From a virus, in the IMG/VR virus record IMGVR_UViG_3300028197_001738, positions 31,664 to 95,663 of that record: a stretch of 64,000 bases of DNA; one strand, given 5' to 3'. The notes below the pieces were generated by a model, which saw only the letters and a program-made list of their open reading frames with translations, ran no database searches and was not told the DNA's origin. Of this stretch, positions 22,101 to 31,374 are shown in pieces (position 1 is the stretch's first letter; every line of letters starts with the position of its first letter). Position numbers and translations under genes: made by a program.

Positions 22101-22708
22101 GAATTTTCTAATAGAGAACCAGCTGATTCTATTTCTACTTTGAAAAAATTTCTTCCATTTCTAAAATTTCGTTCCCATCCTTTGACAATTCCAGTAAAAG
22201 TCATATTATCAAATTTAAAAAATACCGCAACTCCTATTATATCATAAACATTAGTGTTTGTATTATCTATACTTCCATTCTCATTAATTTTAGTTCCTGT
22301 CGCAAAAAACCCAGGATCTTCAGCTAACCAGTATTTTGAAACAACGCCGCTGTCTGTCCACGTATAATATATTTTACCAGGAACATTTTTTTCTTTAGGA
22401 GGATTAGGATCTCCATCCTTATCCACTCTTGCAGGATCGTAGGGTTTTCCTAATTCATCGATATAGCAATCCTCATCTGTACTGCAAGTATGGTAATGGT
22501 CATCTCCATAAGACGGAACATCATTAAATGGGTTTATCGGATTTGTTCCGTTATAACAAGTTAACGGTTGAAAATCTTCTACTAATTCTACTGTGCATGT
22601 AGAACTTGTTCCTCCCCAACCAAGATTCATGTTGACAGACACAACGCTTGCGCCTAAAAATAAAGTTTGTCCTATAACTTTGGTGCCGTCACATTTAGTA
22701 GTAGCCAT
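16199..22708 (-). CDS. Large tail-tip/baseplate hub-like protein
   Basis: 2169 aa; N-terminal FLGASV...NLGWG...CTVELVED and FTGIVKGW resemble hub/Tal N-termini; CHIC...CPNC motif; position in tail module. Confidence 0.55.
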   Translation of the reverse strand: MATTKCDGTKVIGQTLFLGASVVSVNMNLGWGGTSSTCTVELVEDFQPLTCYNGTNPINPFNDVPSYGDDHYHTCSTDEDCYIDELGKPYDPARVDKDGDPNPPKEKNVPGKIYYTWTDSGVVSKYWLAEDPGFFATGTKINENGSIDNTNTNVYDIIGVAVFFKFDNMTFTGIVKGWERNFRNGRNFFKVEIESAGSLLENSHIILDQYAGTVFSMAPGDIYGAPRNYAGSLDATANIKSGNLHNTFNAYGFLDSLGPAGFGGANKNEKGISYRLALQALKVLTSSTDKSQLKWQSKNMFSPFGRILSKVMQKVESTGYLNIQTSFRNNAFGVIPPTLDHNGIPRTEFALDLSEIEIPPDDFRVEAKGGILRISDFLNQMLELNGQQNYWVFAESLVQQSNPYNILKVKAVPKENYIKPYTINYVVNELVNSGYAATSSSSGQRKNKEANVRSVMIGGKQKRIYQVKNYRLAFNQDNYIWNPVTAEFINFRRFDDIVTDKYKVPMATSTRNPQLGDQIHGNYNAIIDTDEKVRKFITGNSFTDPNNLWVDDTVFSRDASCLDVYSNKDFAIDENTGLPIIDNITDAAKLPGIGLAGNIGNNVVGFTAVGSPLTLLGVFKQADTQTTPSIGSLFSGGLLGTALFGSLGTLGSSGSETTITNIDQSNRYIPIFKDSICPFFGFKYDRTFPVSQDSNMHNYIRPVWLDSWTGQLCVAFDINELPPVSCGPLVSVYDKAFFGKDSGALPGTDKGLDQDPDDLASGGDSPGNPETIPPTGVPPTQPNITPELKREINFKGTGFLVTESELRAAMSGWESYLKYCLAKMPSTKPDLFLMLLECWQDKGVQISSGVVSNKKGLTRSPSELAAHGNDNNVANAGGGPGKRKGAQKSKISDINFSMLMHPGFINDLKILTNFLSTLASKYYGKKYMVKIPYMQSYRDQAYSNFNIPGFRGGDLFVYSGSAKTFSEYSLARSAWEEPGNFIDDGVMVGGAYWSALTDEQGMIPPLLGFNVSDKVDYTKKAWCALSALEKAKKLSGIRAQAINELFVELVVLEQVQFIRQPFVGPLSNWTFRIVCPQTMDNGAPNIVLTCALDGYLELTGSETDEYLKQSFVGMDEETFKGFKKFQALKRQAAAVTADMPAAIECTAEEALEQNNGNLNATAKVFVNEDSFLIPSIKWSTAGDSKEHVVVPYNVGFVSAYGADADPCAGGKKLYKKASIDNNAKIAYGRPEFLSDPRAIISIGNRIELNTTTYAYEHDPNGYVMPNVASEDISFYRYATGAARKYRIDENGEPELVGTGFDLTQDEYDHMEYLESNFLTPVIKEGNLLEKGSKTNVSANHRKMGAKAAQPFFAAIPVESNRYVYGPWANYPDLNKNNIWSYVNNPDTIVENLVDNITVESNSDYVPWNYGGTSLLDKAVIWDINAKENYLTTEENGSVKILGPPIFTIGSQFSTSANTLVSPYSVDTESIKMQDYNTQGGFVSQDFKCTFLDQSSTYNQGYPFVQGINISVATEGVTTSYNIGSYNPKMGSYNKELSDTQKKINQRFLKLGNEVLTNQNSSTNQLAEEVLSIIENQTNTTDVLKEAADLYSDSMFGNSPGELLIGSSRHFIAASNNGSDAQKMIKNKQMESWAGLFMAEEVGPELLQGYNVKSAMSLDGLLSPVSFYATSYHSTHNLSNFTTAQTRLATLESGNIPAVLDGYATKAYCHICKNVGYIEDTFVNYPNSEDRQTVKYACPNCNASRVSYDKFLDEKPTKDKAPRVVLNSDPKSKDIGINFYSLNPVVVPRGEFANPNAYPSGNIPDTHSIRVVGRGQQLPGIEANLDNFHGRNTQSSTIPPAFEEFDFESKEAEGTLFLNNQRFFSLRGPLMVHGWGYDKDGYPIPNYSDEPLEIDEKGRPKRFKLDGKGFNDMTHPGAFEPIRKTKDNPFFLLHLGDIITKRYSWDGSQWVMSKKPSKYFSENWASKPDTWPVGPVDLRWDHERRVWVGGDGGCGEELLPPYIVTNKIDNSTLADYISEKTDSGCPYKMVYITLEQDLIRDPDIFFYTNVVRGYIDDLEYITEPLPKGFRRLVYVIDRAGYSAPAGVRLLCRYNPDLGYYEPISKPNIVALGVINNGEANIDTAYAKSKTGAVSSDLVVNFNNPLDFKVYSGAPGVFSFIDGSWTLTSMN

Positions 22709-22710
22709 GA

Positions 22711-24657
22711 TTAATGATCCATATATCCTTTACCTATTTCACAATTTTGATATATCCATGTCACAGATCTACTATATCTACCTTGATTAGCAGACCAAGA
22801 CTCGTTATCCGACTGAGTGTAAACTAATCCATTTGTAGTCTTAGCCGTAATAAGTTTACTAGTTACAAAAGGCTGGTTTCCGATTATTAAATCCTGTATA
22901 GTACCATACACCCTTCCTCCAGTATATAATGGACATTCCTTATCTGTTAATAATGTTCCTTTAACACTAGAAGGTGGGACAACAACAATACTGATATTAA
23001 TAGTTTTAGTACTAGCACTTCTGCCTGTTCTAGATAAAATAGGACCTAATGCTCTACCGGGAACTGCTATAGTAGCTACCTCATCACGAGGAACAGCAAA
23101 ACTTACATCAATATTTTCACTTAAAACACCACTAATAATTCTCAATCTATTATTATATTCTGCAGTATATCCTATGGTTCCTTTTCTTGGATTGTGACTT
23201 TCTGTTAAACTATTACAGGTTGGAGAAAGAGGTCTTTCTTTACTATAAATGGGGTTGTTAGGAGGATCTGTAGTCTTTGCTGGGTCTGTATATTGTAAAG
23301 TTCTGTCCGAAGAATTCATGCCTATGCATGCTCTACGATACAAATGTGGTTTAATGTCGTCTGTCCATCCTGTGATAGCATTGCCATATCTTGCAGACCC
23401 GTTCATACTAGAAACAAGACCAGGCTTTGTTTGGTCGTCAAGTTTTTGATAAGCTATAGTTCTATCGGCTGGTGATTCAGCATTGAGATTTATCCCACTT
23501 GCTGGGGCTATATCTAAAGCTGGATCTTGACTATATAATTGCAAACCGGCAATATTACCAACAACTCTTACAGTTTTTGTCATATCTTCAGAGGTAGAAG
23601 TTTCAATAGTATATTCTTCTGTATAAGGGATTCCTGTTGGTAGAGCTAACCAGCTTTCAGTAATTTCATAATTACTATAATCTATATTAATAGAACGAAC
23701 ATGATTATATAAATTAGTGTTCGATGCAGAAGATCCCCCACCATTTCCATTTGGTGGCCATACAACAAACGGCATAACTCCACTGCCTGCATCTGCACTA
23801 TCAACAACTCCTCTGTCAATTTGAGCTAAAACCCAATCTCTAGCCTGGCTTAAATTATTACCCCTAGCGACTTCAGATGTTAAACATTGTCCACTTGGCT
23901 TTGTCATACCTCTTGCAGAAACTGTATGTGTTATACGGAATTGAGGAATATCTATTATATCAATACTTGTGCTGCTAGTATTACCTCCACCTACATTGCC
24001 TGGAGGAATAGTGGAGTTTGGAGTTGCACTAAGTATAGGATTACTAAATTCTGGTCTTTGGTGGGAAATATCATTTTGGAAAAATGTTGCATAAGTATTA
24101 TCTATACTTTCTACTGACCACCTGTCTGTTTTATCTGTTACCCAATCTTCTGAGGACAAACCACTTAAAGGCGTTACTTGTTCTAAACTTACAGTATAGT
24201 CAATAGTGCTTGTCCAATTATCTGGAGTTTGATTAAAAGAAATATCTGTTAATGTTGACCCCGAAGCAGAAAAAATTGACGCTCCATCACACTTTATTTG
24301 AAAATCCCCGTAAGGACAAGATCTGAACAAAGTATTTAATCCACTGGCTGCTCCGAGCAAACCTGTAATACCGCTACCTGGGGGTTTTAGCTCTACATTA
24401 TCAGCAGGATTATTATACCTAACTATTTTACCTTCTATATTAATAGATGTAGTTTGAATACTGGGAATATCACTAGAGTTTTTTTGAACACTAGTAGAAA
24501 TATTAACAAAAGGCACCGGTCCTGTTATTTCGGCTAGCTCTTGTTCATTATAGAAAATCTGTGTACCTTTATTCTGAGTAGCATCTTGGACTACTACAGT
24601 CTTGTTATTTTCACTGTTTGACGAATCACCGTCAAGTAATAGGTTTGAGTACACCAT
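22711..24657 (-). CDS. Putative distal tail/baseplate structural protein
   Basis: 648-aa beta-rich ORF immediately upstream of the hub-like gene; call is from position. Confidence 0.45.
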   Translation of the reverse strand: MVYSNLLLDGDSSNSENNKTVVVQDATQNKGTQIFYNEQELAEITGPVPFVNISTSVQKNSSDIPSIQTTSINIEGKIVRYNNPADNVELKPPGSGITGLLGAASGLNTLFRSCPYGDFQIKCDGASIFSASGSTLTDISFNQTPDNWTSTIDYTVSLEQVTPLSGLSSEDWVTDKTDRWSVESIDNTYATFFQNDISHQRPEFSNPILSATPNSTIPPGNVGGGNTSSTSIDIIDIPQFRITHTVSARGMTKPSGQCLTSEVARGNNLSQARDWVLAQIDRGVVDSADAGSGVMPFVVWPPNGNGGGSSASNTNLYNHVRSINIDYSNYEITESWLALPTGIPYTEEYTIETSTSEDMTKTVRVVGNIAGLQLYSQDPALDIAPASGINLNAESPADRTIAYQKLDDQTKPGLVSSMNGSARYGNAITGWTDDIKPHLYRRACIGMNSSDRTLQYTDPAKTTDPPNNPIYSKERPLSPTCNSLTESHNPRKGTIGYTAEYNNRLRIISGVLSENIDVSFAVPRDEVATIAVPGRALGPILSRTGRSASTKTINISIVVVPPSSVKGTLLTDKECPLYTGGRVYGTIQDLIIGNQPFVTSKLITAKTTNGLVYTQSDNESWSANQGRYSRSVTWIYQNCEIGKGYMDH

Positions 24658-24671
24658 ATCATTTTTAATTC

Positions 24672-27600
24672 CTATGTAATTGGAGCAGTATTTCTAGCCC
24701 TGTACTTAATAATTACTATGCCGCTTCCTCCGGTGGCTGAAGCTCCTCCTGCTCCTCCAGTATTTGCTGCTCCAGGCGCTCTTCTAGAACCACCTCCGCT
24801 GGATGCTCCTCCTCCACAAGAACCTCCTTCTCCGTCTCCTCCTCCGCCTCCTCCGAATTGATTACTATTTATACATCCATCTGCTATGTCTACGGTTAAA
24901 CCAGCACCACCATTACCTCCTCTTGTCTGACATCCTGAGTTGCAACTGCCCCAACCTGCTCCAGCTCCTCCTCCTCCTCCTATGCCTGCTCCTCCTCCAC
25001 CAGCAATGCAACTGCCGGAACCAAAAGCAGCACCGGTGTAACCCTGAAGACAGCCATCATTATTACTTAGTGGTCCGCCGTATTTTGCACCGTTCAATTC
25101 TATGCAATCACTAGTTCCGTTAGGGTATGTAGTTGGGTCAGCTGCTATTTGAGCTGCTGTTAGAATAATGAGATCATCAGGATTCTTGCCGCAATCATAT
25201 TCTTCTGTTGCTCCCCATGGAGCTTGAATCAAGCCAGCGCCAGGATATCTGCATCCCTGACCACCACCACTTGCTCCTCTACTACCAGGGAAAGCTGTGT
25301 TGCCCCTTAATTCTCCACTTCCACCAAAACCACCACCACGAGCAACCAGCACCCTTTTTTTTACAGCGTCTCCATCAGGCTGATCTCCTGTTTGACTTGT
25401 TGTTTTGTATCTAATTATAACTATTCCGCTTGCTCCGCTAGCCCAAGGACCACCTCCACCCCCACCAGTATTAGGTGTTCCGTTTGTTTGAGCCGTCGCA
25501 CCATACCCTGTTCGACCAGGTTTATAGCTTTGTCCACCACCTCCGCCATTTCCTTCGGCTGGGGTGTTGTTATATTGTCCAGTATAGAACAAACCAGCCC
25601 AGAAGCCTGTTAGACGACCTCCTTGTGCCTCATTGCCTCTACCTCCGCCTCCTACTCCTCTTAGGTAATAAGCGTTGTCTCCTACACCTTGAGGGCTTCC
25701 GCCTCCTCCACCGCCATACCATTGTGTTGTTCCAGATATATCGGTTCCGTATGAAGATCCCCCATCTCCTCCTTTATTATGCCAGGCTGGGCCGCTTCCT
25801 TGAGTTGGGTCCCAAGATAGACTACCTCTTCCGGAGATACCGGCTCCAGTAGCCCCTCCTCCTCCACCGCCCGACACGGTAGAAGAACCAGATTCAGAAT
25901 ATCCTTGAGGACCTCCAGCAAAACCTTCGCCAGAATCTCCTCCTTCATTAGCAGATCCAGGACTACCTCCATTAGCTTCTATAATCAATGAGTTTCCTGA
26001 GATAGATGAATTAGATCCACTTTGCTTATATATGCCTCCATCACCAATAACAATATTATATTGCCCTGTAGATGGGAAAATTATATCTCGTTGATGCTTA
26101 ACACCACCGCTGCCTCCTCCTCCACCAATTAATGATTCATTTGGTGATCTTCCAGCTCCTCCGCCACCCCCAACAACTAGAATATCAAATTTTGCATCAG
26201 CGGGCAAGCTGCCAATGCCGAATGTTCCATTTTGTTTAAAGGTATGTATGGTATATTCTCCAACAGTAGTTTTTTCTCCACCATTAGCAAATATTTCTGT
26301 GTCTGGAGCATCTGGGTCTTGTGGCTCAGGAGCAGCGCCATTATAGAATATACTACTGTTCTTACCCCTAGCTCCAGGGGCTCCGCCATCTCCAACATGT
26401 ATGTCGTAAACTCCAGCTCCATCTGCACCATTTTGATTTAAAGAATAAGATGTTCTTAATGCAGCTCCTCCTGATCCTCCTCCACCAGCAGCTCTATTTA
26501 CTGGGCCGCTTCCGCCGCCTCCACCACCTCCCATTAAGAAGACATCGAAAACAGCGTCATTATCTATAGTATTAATCGTAAAGGTATCATCATTTGTAAA
26601 GATATGAACATTATAATCTCCTTGAGTACACAATGTGCCACCAGTGGCATCGACGTTAGGAACTCTAGCTCTACATACCTGTAGTTCTCCTATCCAATTC
26701 CCTGATGTTGCAGCAACGGACTCCCAAGCATTTGTCACATCGTTCCATGCCCAATGAAATTGAGCTCCAGGATTAGGATAATTTGTTTGATTAACAAACA
26801 ACCCACACTTTGCCATACTATCAATAAGGCAAATTTCTACATTGTTTTCAGCTTCTATTTGTCTGATTTTGTTAATAGTTATTTGATCAAGTCTTACGGT
26901 AGCTGTTCCATTTTGTGTATCTAAACCATATCTAGCAGCAATCTTTTCTGGAGCACAAAAGTACAGAGAAAAACCTGGAGTATGACTTGGTGTCGGTGTT
27001 GGGGTGTGAGTATTAGTTGCCGTAGGAGTTGCTGTAGCCGTAGCAGTAGGAGTTGCTGTTGCTGTAGCTGTGGGAGTAGCTGTTCCTGTTGCTGTTGCTG
27101 TGGCTGTTGCAGTAGGGGTTGCTGTTGCTGTTTCTGTAGCAGTATTAGTCACAGCAGGAGTGTGTGTATTAGTTGGCGTTATACTAGGAGTAGGAGTATT
27201 TGTAGGTGTTTCTGTTTGCGTAGGAGTTGGTGTTTTTGTTGGCGTTCTACTAGCAGTAGCAGTAGGAGTACTAAAAGCTGTTGCTGTGTTCGTTGGAGTA
27301 GGGGTATTACTTGCAGTATTAGACGGAGTAACAGTATTAGTAGGAGTTATAGTAGGAGTGACGCTATTAGTAGGAGTAGGACTAGCTGTAGCCGTTGTAG
27401 TAGGTGTAGCCGTTGTAGTAGTAGTAGGTGTATTAGTTGGGGTTTTAGTTGGTGTGACTGTAGGAGTAGGAGTTGGACATAAGTAAACAGTGTTTTGTGA
27501 ATAAACATCTCCATTAAAGTTATTGGTAGTTATAACTTCAAGCAAAACCAAATTTACATGTTGACTTTTTCTCAATAAAAAAGGAACAGTTTTCTTATTA

Positions 27601-27740
27601 GAATTAGCGGTAAAAGTAACTGTATCTCTATCTATTTCAGCGAATTCATCATAAGTGTTTCTTAGCTTAACCTTAACAGTATATTCATTTCCTACAATAA
27701 GATCTTCTAGATCAATATTTATAATGTCTGTTGTTATCAT
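24672..27740 (-). CDS. Fibre/adhesin: Ig-like N-terminus, Pro/Thr stalk, nested glycine-rich domains
   Basis: About 165 aa of PT/TA repeats; Y.IH.F...VVGGGG.G...GSGIVIIxY glycine-rich domains typical of phage fibres. Confidence 0.75.
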   Translation of the reverse strand: MITTDIINIDLEDLIVGNEYTVKVKLRNTYDEFAEIDRDTVTFTANSNKKTVPFLLRKSQHVNLVLLEVITTNNFNGDVYSQNTVYLCPTPTPTVTPTKTPTNTPTTTTTATPTTTATASPTPTNSVTPTITPTNTVTPSNTASNTPTPTNTATAFSTPTATASRTPTKTPTPTQTETPTNTPTPSITPTNTHTPAVTNTATETATATPTATATATATGTATPTATATATPTATATATPTATNTHTPTPTPSHTPGFSLYFCAPEKIAARYGLDTQNGTATVRLDQITINKIRQIEAENNVEICLIDSMAKCGLFVNQTNYPNPGAQFHWAWNDVTNAWESVAATSGNWIGELQVCRARVPNVDATGGTLCTQGDYNVHIFTNDDTFTINTIDNDAVFDVFLMGGGGGGGSGPVNRAAGGGGSGGAALRTSYSLNQNGADGAGVYDIHVGDGGAPGARGKNSSIFYNGAAPEPQDPDAPDTEIFANGGEKTTVGEYTIHTFKQNGTFGIGSLPADAKFDILVVGGGGGAGRSPNESLIGGGGGSGGVKHQRDIIFPSTGQYNIVIGDGGIYKQSGSNSSISGNSLIIEANGGSPGSANEGGDSGEGFAGGPQGYSESGSSTVSGGGGGGATGAGISGRGSLSWDPTQGSGPAWHNKGGDGGSSYGTDISGTTQWYGGGGGGSPQGVGDNAYYLRGVGGGGRGNEAQGGRLTGFWAGLFYTGQYNNTPAEGNGGGGGQSYKPGRTGYGATAQTNGTPNTGGGGGGPWASGASGIVIIRYKTTSQTGDQPDGDAVKKRVLVARGGGFGGSGELRGNTAFPGSRGASGGGQGCRYPGAGLIQAPWGATEEYDCGKNPDDLIILTAAQIAADPTTYPNGTSDCIELNGAKYGGPLSNNDGCLQGYTGAAFGSGSCIAGGGGAGIGGGGGAGAGWGSCNSGCQTRGGNGGAGLTVDIADGCINSNQFGGGGGGDGEGGSCGGGASSGGGSRRAPGAANTGGAGGASATGGSGIVIIKYRARNTAPIT
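26976..27476 (-). repeat. Coding low-complexity Pro/Thr/Ala repeat (mucin-like)
   Basis: [18 protein letters not shown]...[12 protein letters not shown]. Confidence 0.95.
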
Positions 27741-27779
27741 TTTTTATCCTAGTAATATAAAGTTGACTAAAAAGCTACA

Positions 27780-29705
27780 CTATTCTAAATAAGTAGCGTT
27801 GGAATTGCATTCCTCGCCACATAAAAGACCTAAAAATCCAAGAGATTCTGCACCTGTGCCGATATCTGTTAATGTAGCTTGTGCCAAACCTTGTTCTCTA
27901 TTAGTAAGTGCTGTAGTCATAAGAACAGGAACAACAGCTTTTCCATTTCTTCCTATATAAACAACACCTGTGTGAGGAACAAAATTAACCTGACCAGATA
28001 GGCTAGCTAACTGATATTTGTAAGCTGTATCTGGATTTGCACCTGTAATAGAAACAAACATCATATCTGTGCCAGAGCAACATGATAGCGGTAATTCTAA
28101 AATAGGAGCACCGGAGAAACTAATAGTTGAGCAATTTAAACAAGGCAAGCAATCATTGCACTGCATATCAATATTGGCTCCTTCATAATATAATCCAGAA
28201 CACTCTTTATTATATAATACTGTATGAAATTTATTAAATTTATTTTCATACTCTTGATTGTAAGAGGTGATATTGTAAGCTAAAGCCCCAGGGTTATTGA
28301 GAGCATCTCCTGTTGGTAAAGCAAAAATAGCTTTATGTCCAAACGTTTGAGTCGTTTCTCTAGCTCTAAATTCTCCAGAAGGAGGATCCGCTATAACAGG
28401 CCAATTCCCATCTATACTTTCAAATTTATAACCATAAGTTGTTTTAGGTGTCAAATTATCAAATGTTACAGTAAAATCGCTAACTTGAGAAGCAGCAGAA
28501 ATTTCCACATCAGTATCTTTAATAATAATATCTTTATCAGTAGACATAGTAACTTCTGGATCAATAAAGCAATCGTCACAGGATAGAGTAAATTGATTAC
28601 TTACCCCTGCTTGTAATTGACAATTTGCTGGCTCTACATAAAGATATAATGTATTCATCTTATGATCTTTTTGAAGACACACGTTCGTTGCTGTTAGTAT
28701 GCCGTTGTTGCCAACATTACACACATCTTCAGAATCACAAAAAGAATACATAGAATCTAAAGCGTAGAAAGTATTGTTGTTTGCAATAAAAGTTCCAGAA
28801 ACATTAGTTAGATTTATTGGCCAGTTGCCACCAGCTGAATGAAATTGATAATTATAGCTTTTATTCTTTTGTACATTATTAATTTTTGCATGTAAATGCC
28901 CTGTACTCCCAGTATTCTTAGTAAGCTCTACATCTTGTATATCTTCAACAGAAATATTACCTAGACAGTCTTGACAAGAAAATGTCATAGGATCACTGGT
29001 GTAAATTTGTTGACTATTACAATCTTGGTCAGCAATAAGCTCCATACCGATTGTGGCCGTTAGATCAAAATCATCAAAACATGTAGGAGTAGTATTATTA
29101 AAAATATTGTCAGAAATAATACCCGTTGCTTCGTTAAAAGTAATTCTGCTATATACTTGAGAAGATGCGCTATTGGGGACAAATGTTCCAGAAATATTGG
29201 AAATAGTTACGGGCCAATTGCCTCCCAAAGAATAAAATTTATATGTATATTTTTTGTTTGGAATTAGATTAGTTAAATCTATTTTAATATCTGAGCTATT
29301 ACCCATAGCGGTAGATAATGTGTTTATGTAAGTAGGTTCAACCGAAGGTTTGCTGGTGCAGTCTTCACAGTTAACTCTAATATTTTTTGTTAATTGTACC
29401 GCGTCGTTGGCATCTTTTTTTATAATTAATTCTAAAACAGAATAAACGTCAGTAGATTTAATATCACAAGATTCAATACTGTACGGAAGTAAGTTTAATT
29501 CACCTTGGCAAGACCCTGTTGTAGAGCAGAACTGCAGTCCTGTATTAACATCATAGGTAGTGCTATAAGCGTCAGAAGCAATCACTCCAGATTTTGCTCC
29601 TAACAAAGCTGGCCAATTACCACCAAGACCATTCCACATATAACTATATGTAGCATTTGGTTCTAAACCACTTATTTTAACGGAAACATTTTTGTAATTA
29701 GACAT
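27780..29705 (-). CDS. Virion protein with 4 NWP/CxxC Ig-like repeats plus a divergent CCSG domain
   Basis: GGNWP x3 and DGNWP x1; repeats end CEDC/CQDC/CDDC/CNDC. Confidence 0.7.
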   Translation of the reverse strand: MSNYKNVSVKISGLEPNATYSYMWNGLGGNWPALLGAKSGVIASDAYSTTYDVNTGLQFCSTTGSCQGELNLLPYSIESCDIKSTDVYSVLELIIKKDANDAVQLTKNIRVNCEDCTSKPSVEPTYINTLSTAMGNSSDIKIDLTNLIPNKKYTYKFYSLGGNWPVTISNISGTFVPNSASSQVYSRITFNEATGIISDNIFNNTTPTCFDDFDLTATIGMELIADQDCNSQQIYTSDPMTFSCQDCLGNISVEDIQDVELTKNTGSTGHLHAKINNVQKNKSYNYQFHSAGGNWPINLTNVSGTFIANNNTFYALDSMYSFCDSEDVCNVGNNGILTATNVCLQKDHKMNTLYLYVEPANCQLQAGVSNQFTLSCDDCFIDPEVTMSTDKDIIIKDTDVEISAASQVSDFTVTFDNLTPKTTYGYKFESIDGNWPVIADPPSGEFRARETTQTFGHKAIFALPTGDALNNPGALAYNITSYNQEYENKFNKFHTVLYNKECSGLYYEGANIDMQCNDCLPCLNCSTISFSGAPILELPLSCCSGTDMMFVSITGANPDTAYKYQLASLSGQVNFVPHTGVVYIGRNGKAVVPVLMTTALTNREQGLAQATLTDIGTGAESLGFLGLLCGEECNSNATYLE

Positions 29706-29719
29706 AATTTGGTACCTTG

Positions 29720-31369
29720 TTATTCTATATCTGCTGAAACAAAACTTACTGAATCGGATAGTTTACAATCTGTACATGTGACTCTGAAAATATTACTCTC
29801 AAATATATTGGCTTGGCAATCAGATTCTTGAACATATAATCTAACATCAACATATTCTGGTAAATCATTTTGATAAGCCTTCACGGTCTTGCTTGTGTCT
29901 ACATAGGGGTTGTAATCCATAACATACGTAAACCCTGAAGGACAAGATCCAGTGGACTCACAAAGAGTAAAAGGGAAATCTATGGTTTGATAAGAAAGTT
30001 CAGGACGTATAATACCAGTAGATAAAGGAATGTATAGAGGCCAGTTACTACCCTCCTCCGATTCTATATAATAATTATATATTTTCTTAACATCTAGATC
30101 TGTTAGTTTGGCCTGAACAGAGACTCCATCTCCTCTACTTAAGCTAACCTCTTTAACTCCTTTAGCAGAAAGCTCCGGAGTAGGATCAGGAGGAAAACAA
30201 TCATCACAACCTAAATGCATAATATTAGACTTTATAGACTGATCTGGACAATCTAGTGCTGATACGCTCATTGTAATTTTAGCTTCATAATCATCTTTGT
30301 TAAACAAGCATCCGTCTTCTAGCTGATAGTCCAATACTTTGTCATGAGATTGTATAGCTAATCCAGTAGCTTCGGAAAATTCTACATACGAATCTATACA
30401 ATATGTATTTGTAGGGGAATGGAACATTCCTGTAATGTTATCCATAATCACAGGCCAGTTAGACCTAATGGCTGAGTATTCATACTTATATTGTCTGTAT
30501 GGAACAATACCACTAACTATGGCAACAAATTCGGCATAATTGTTATTGTTTTCTGTTAGTACTAATCGACTAGGTATTCCTAATATGGGTTTGGGTAGAC
30601 AGTCATTACAGTCTAGATTCATAGTATTGCTATAGACTTCATCATAATCACAAGAATCAGGCTCTATGTATAATCTCAAATTGCAAAAATTTTGATTATT
30701 ATTCATGCATGTAGGATCTAAATCATAAGCCATAACACTGTCAGAGCCATTTGGACAAACACCCGTGCCTTCACAGAACACAACCTTGGTTGGTATCATA
30801 CAGTTATCTTCTGCTGCTAATATTTGTCCTGTGGGAGGATATACTTTAGCTGGCCAGTTAGCATCAACAGATTCATATCTATAGTTGTATCTTTCTTTGG
30901 GAACTAAACCTCTTACATTAGCAGTAAACTCTATGTTATTTGTAGCTGTTTGTTGATTATCTAACACAATATTATTTGTAAGGGTGTATTGTTCAGGTAG
31001 CTCAACAGAGACATTGGGTATGCATGTGTCACATGTTACATAAACGGGATCGCTAAAAACCTGAATACTTGGGTCCTCTACTAAGGATGCTTTTAGTCTA
31101 ACAAAAGCAAATACGTCAGATCTATCTTTTGTGCATGTCTTAGTCATAGAATATGGCATAGTCTGTGTATCCTCTGAACATCCACTAGATGAACAAAAAG
31201 AAACAGCAGCTGAAACAGAACCACTTTTAGCAACAGCAGTGAATTCTCCAGATGTTGGTAAAACAGTAGCTGGCCAATTACCGCCTAAACCCTCTACTGT
31301 AAATGAGTAATTTAATCGTTTTAATAGGCCGTTTAATTCAAAATTGATAGGAACAGTATTATTTGGCAT
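29720..31369 (-). CDS. Virion protein with 4 NWP/CxxC Ig-like repeats
   Basis: GGNWP, DANWP, RSNWP, GSNWP; CDTC/CNDC/CDDC/CTDC. Confidence 0.7.
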   Translation of the reverse strand: MPNNTVPINFELNGLLKRLNYSFTVEGLGGNWPATVLPTSGEFTAVAKSGSVSAAVSFCSSSGCSEDTQTMPYSMTKTCTKDRSDVFAFVRLKASLVEDPSIQVFSDPVYVTCDTCIPNVSVELPEQYTLTNNIVLDNQQTATNNIEFTANVRGLVPKERYNYRYESVDANWPAKVYPPTGQILAAEDNCMIPTKVVFCEGTGVCPNGSDSVMAYDLDPTCMNNNQNFCNLRLYIEPDSCDYDEVYSNTMNLDCNDCLPKPILGIPSRLVLTENNNNYAEFVAIVSGIVPYRQYKYEYSAIRSNWPVIMDNITGMFHSPTNTYCIDSYVEFSEATGLAIQSHDKVLDYQLEDGCLFNKDDYEAKITMSVSALDCPDQSIKSNIMHLGCDDCFPPDPTPELSAKGVKEVSLSRGDGVSVQAKLTDLDVKKIYNYYIESEEGSNWPLYIPLSTGIIRPELSYQTIDFPFTLCESTGSCPSGFTYVMDYNPYVDTSKTVKAYQNDLPEYVDVRLYVQESDCQANIFESNIFRVTCTDCKLSDSVSFVSADIE

Positions 31370-31374
31370 ATTGA

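Noticed and set aside
24803-26441. Several short ORFs over the Gly-rich fibre
   Set aside because: Stop-poor alternative frames of GGN-rich sequence inside a well-supported gene.
26982-27486. Plus-strand ORFs rich in Val/Gly/Ala or Cys/Ser/Arg
   Set aside because: Antisense shadows of the Pro/Thr repeat.
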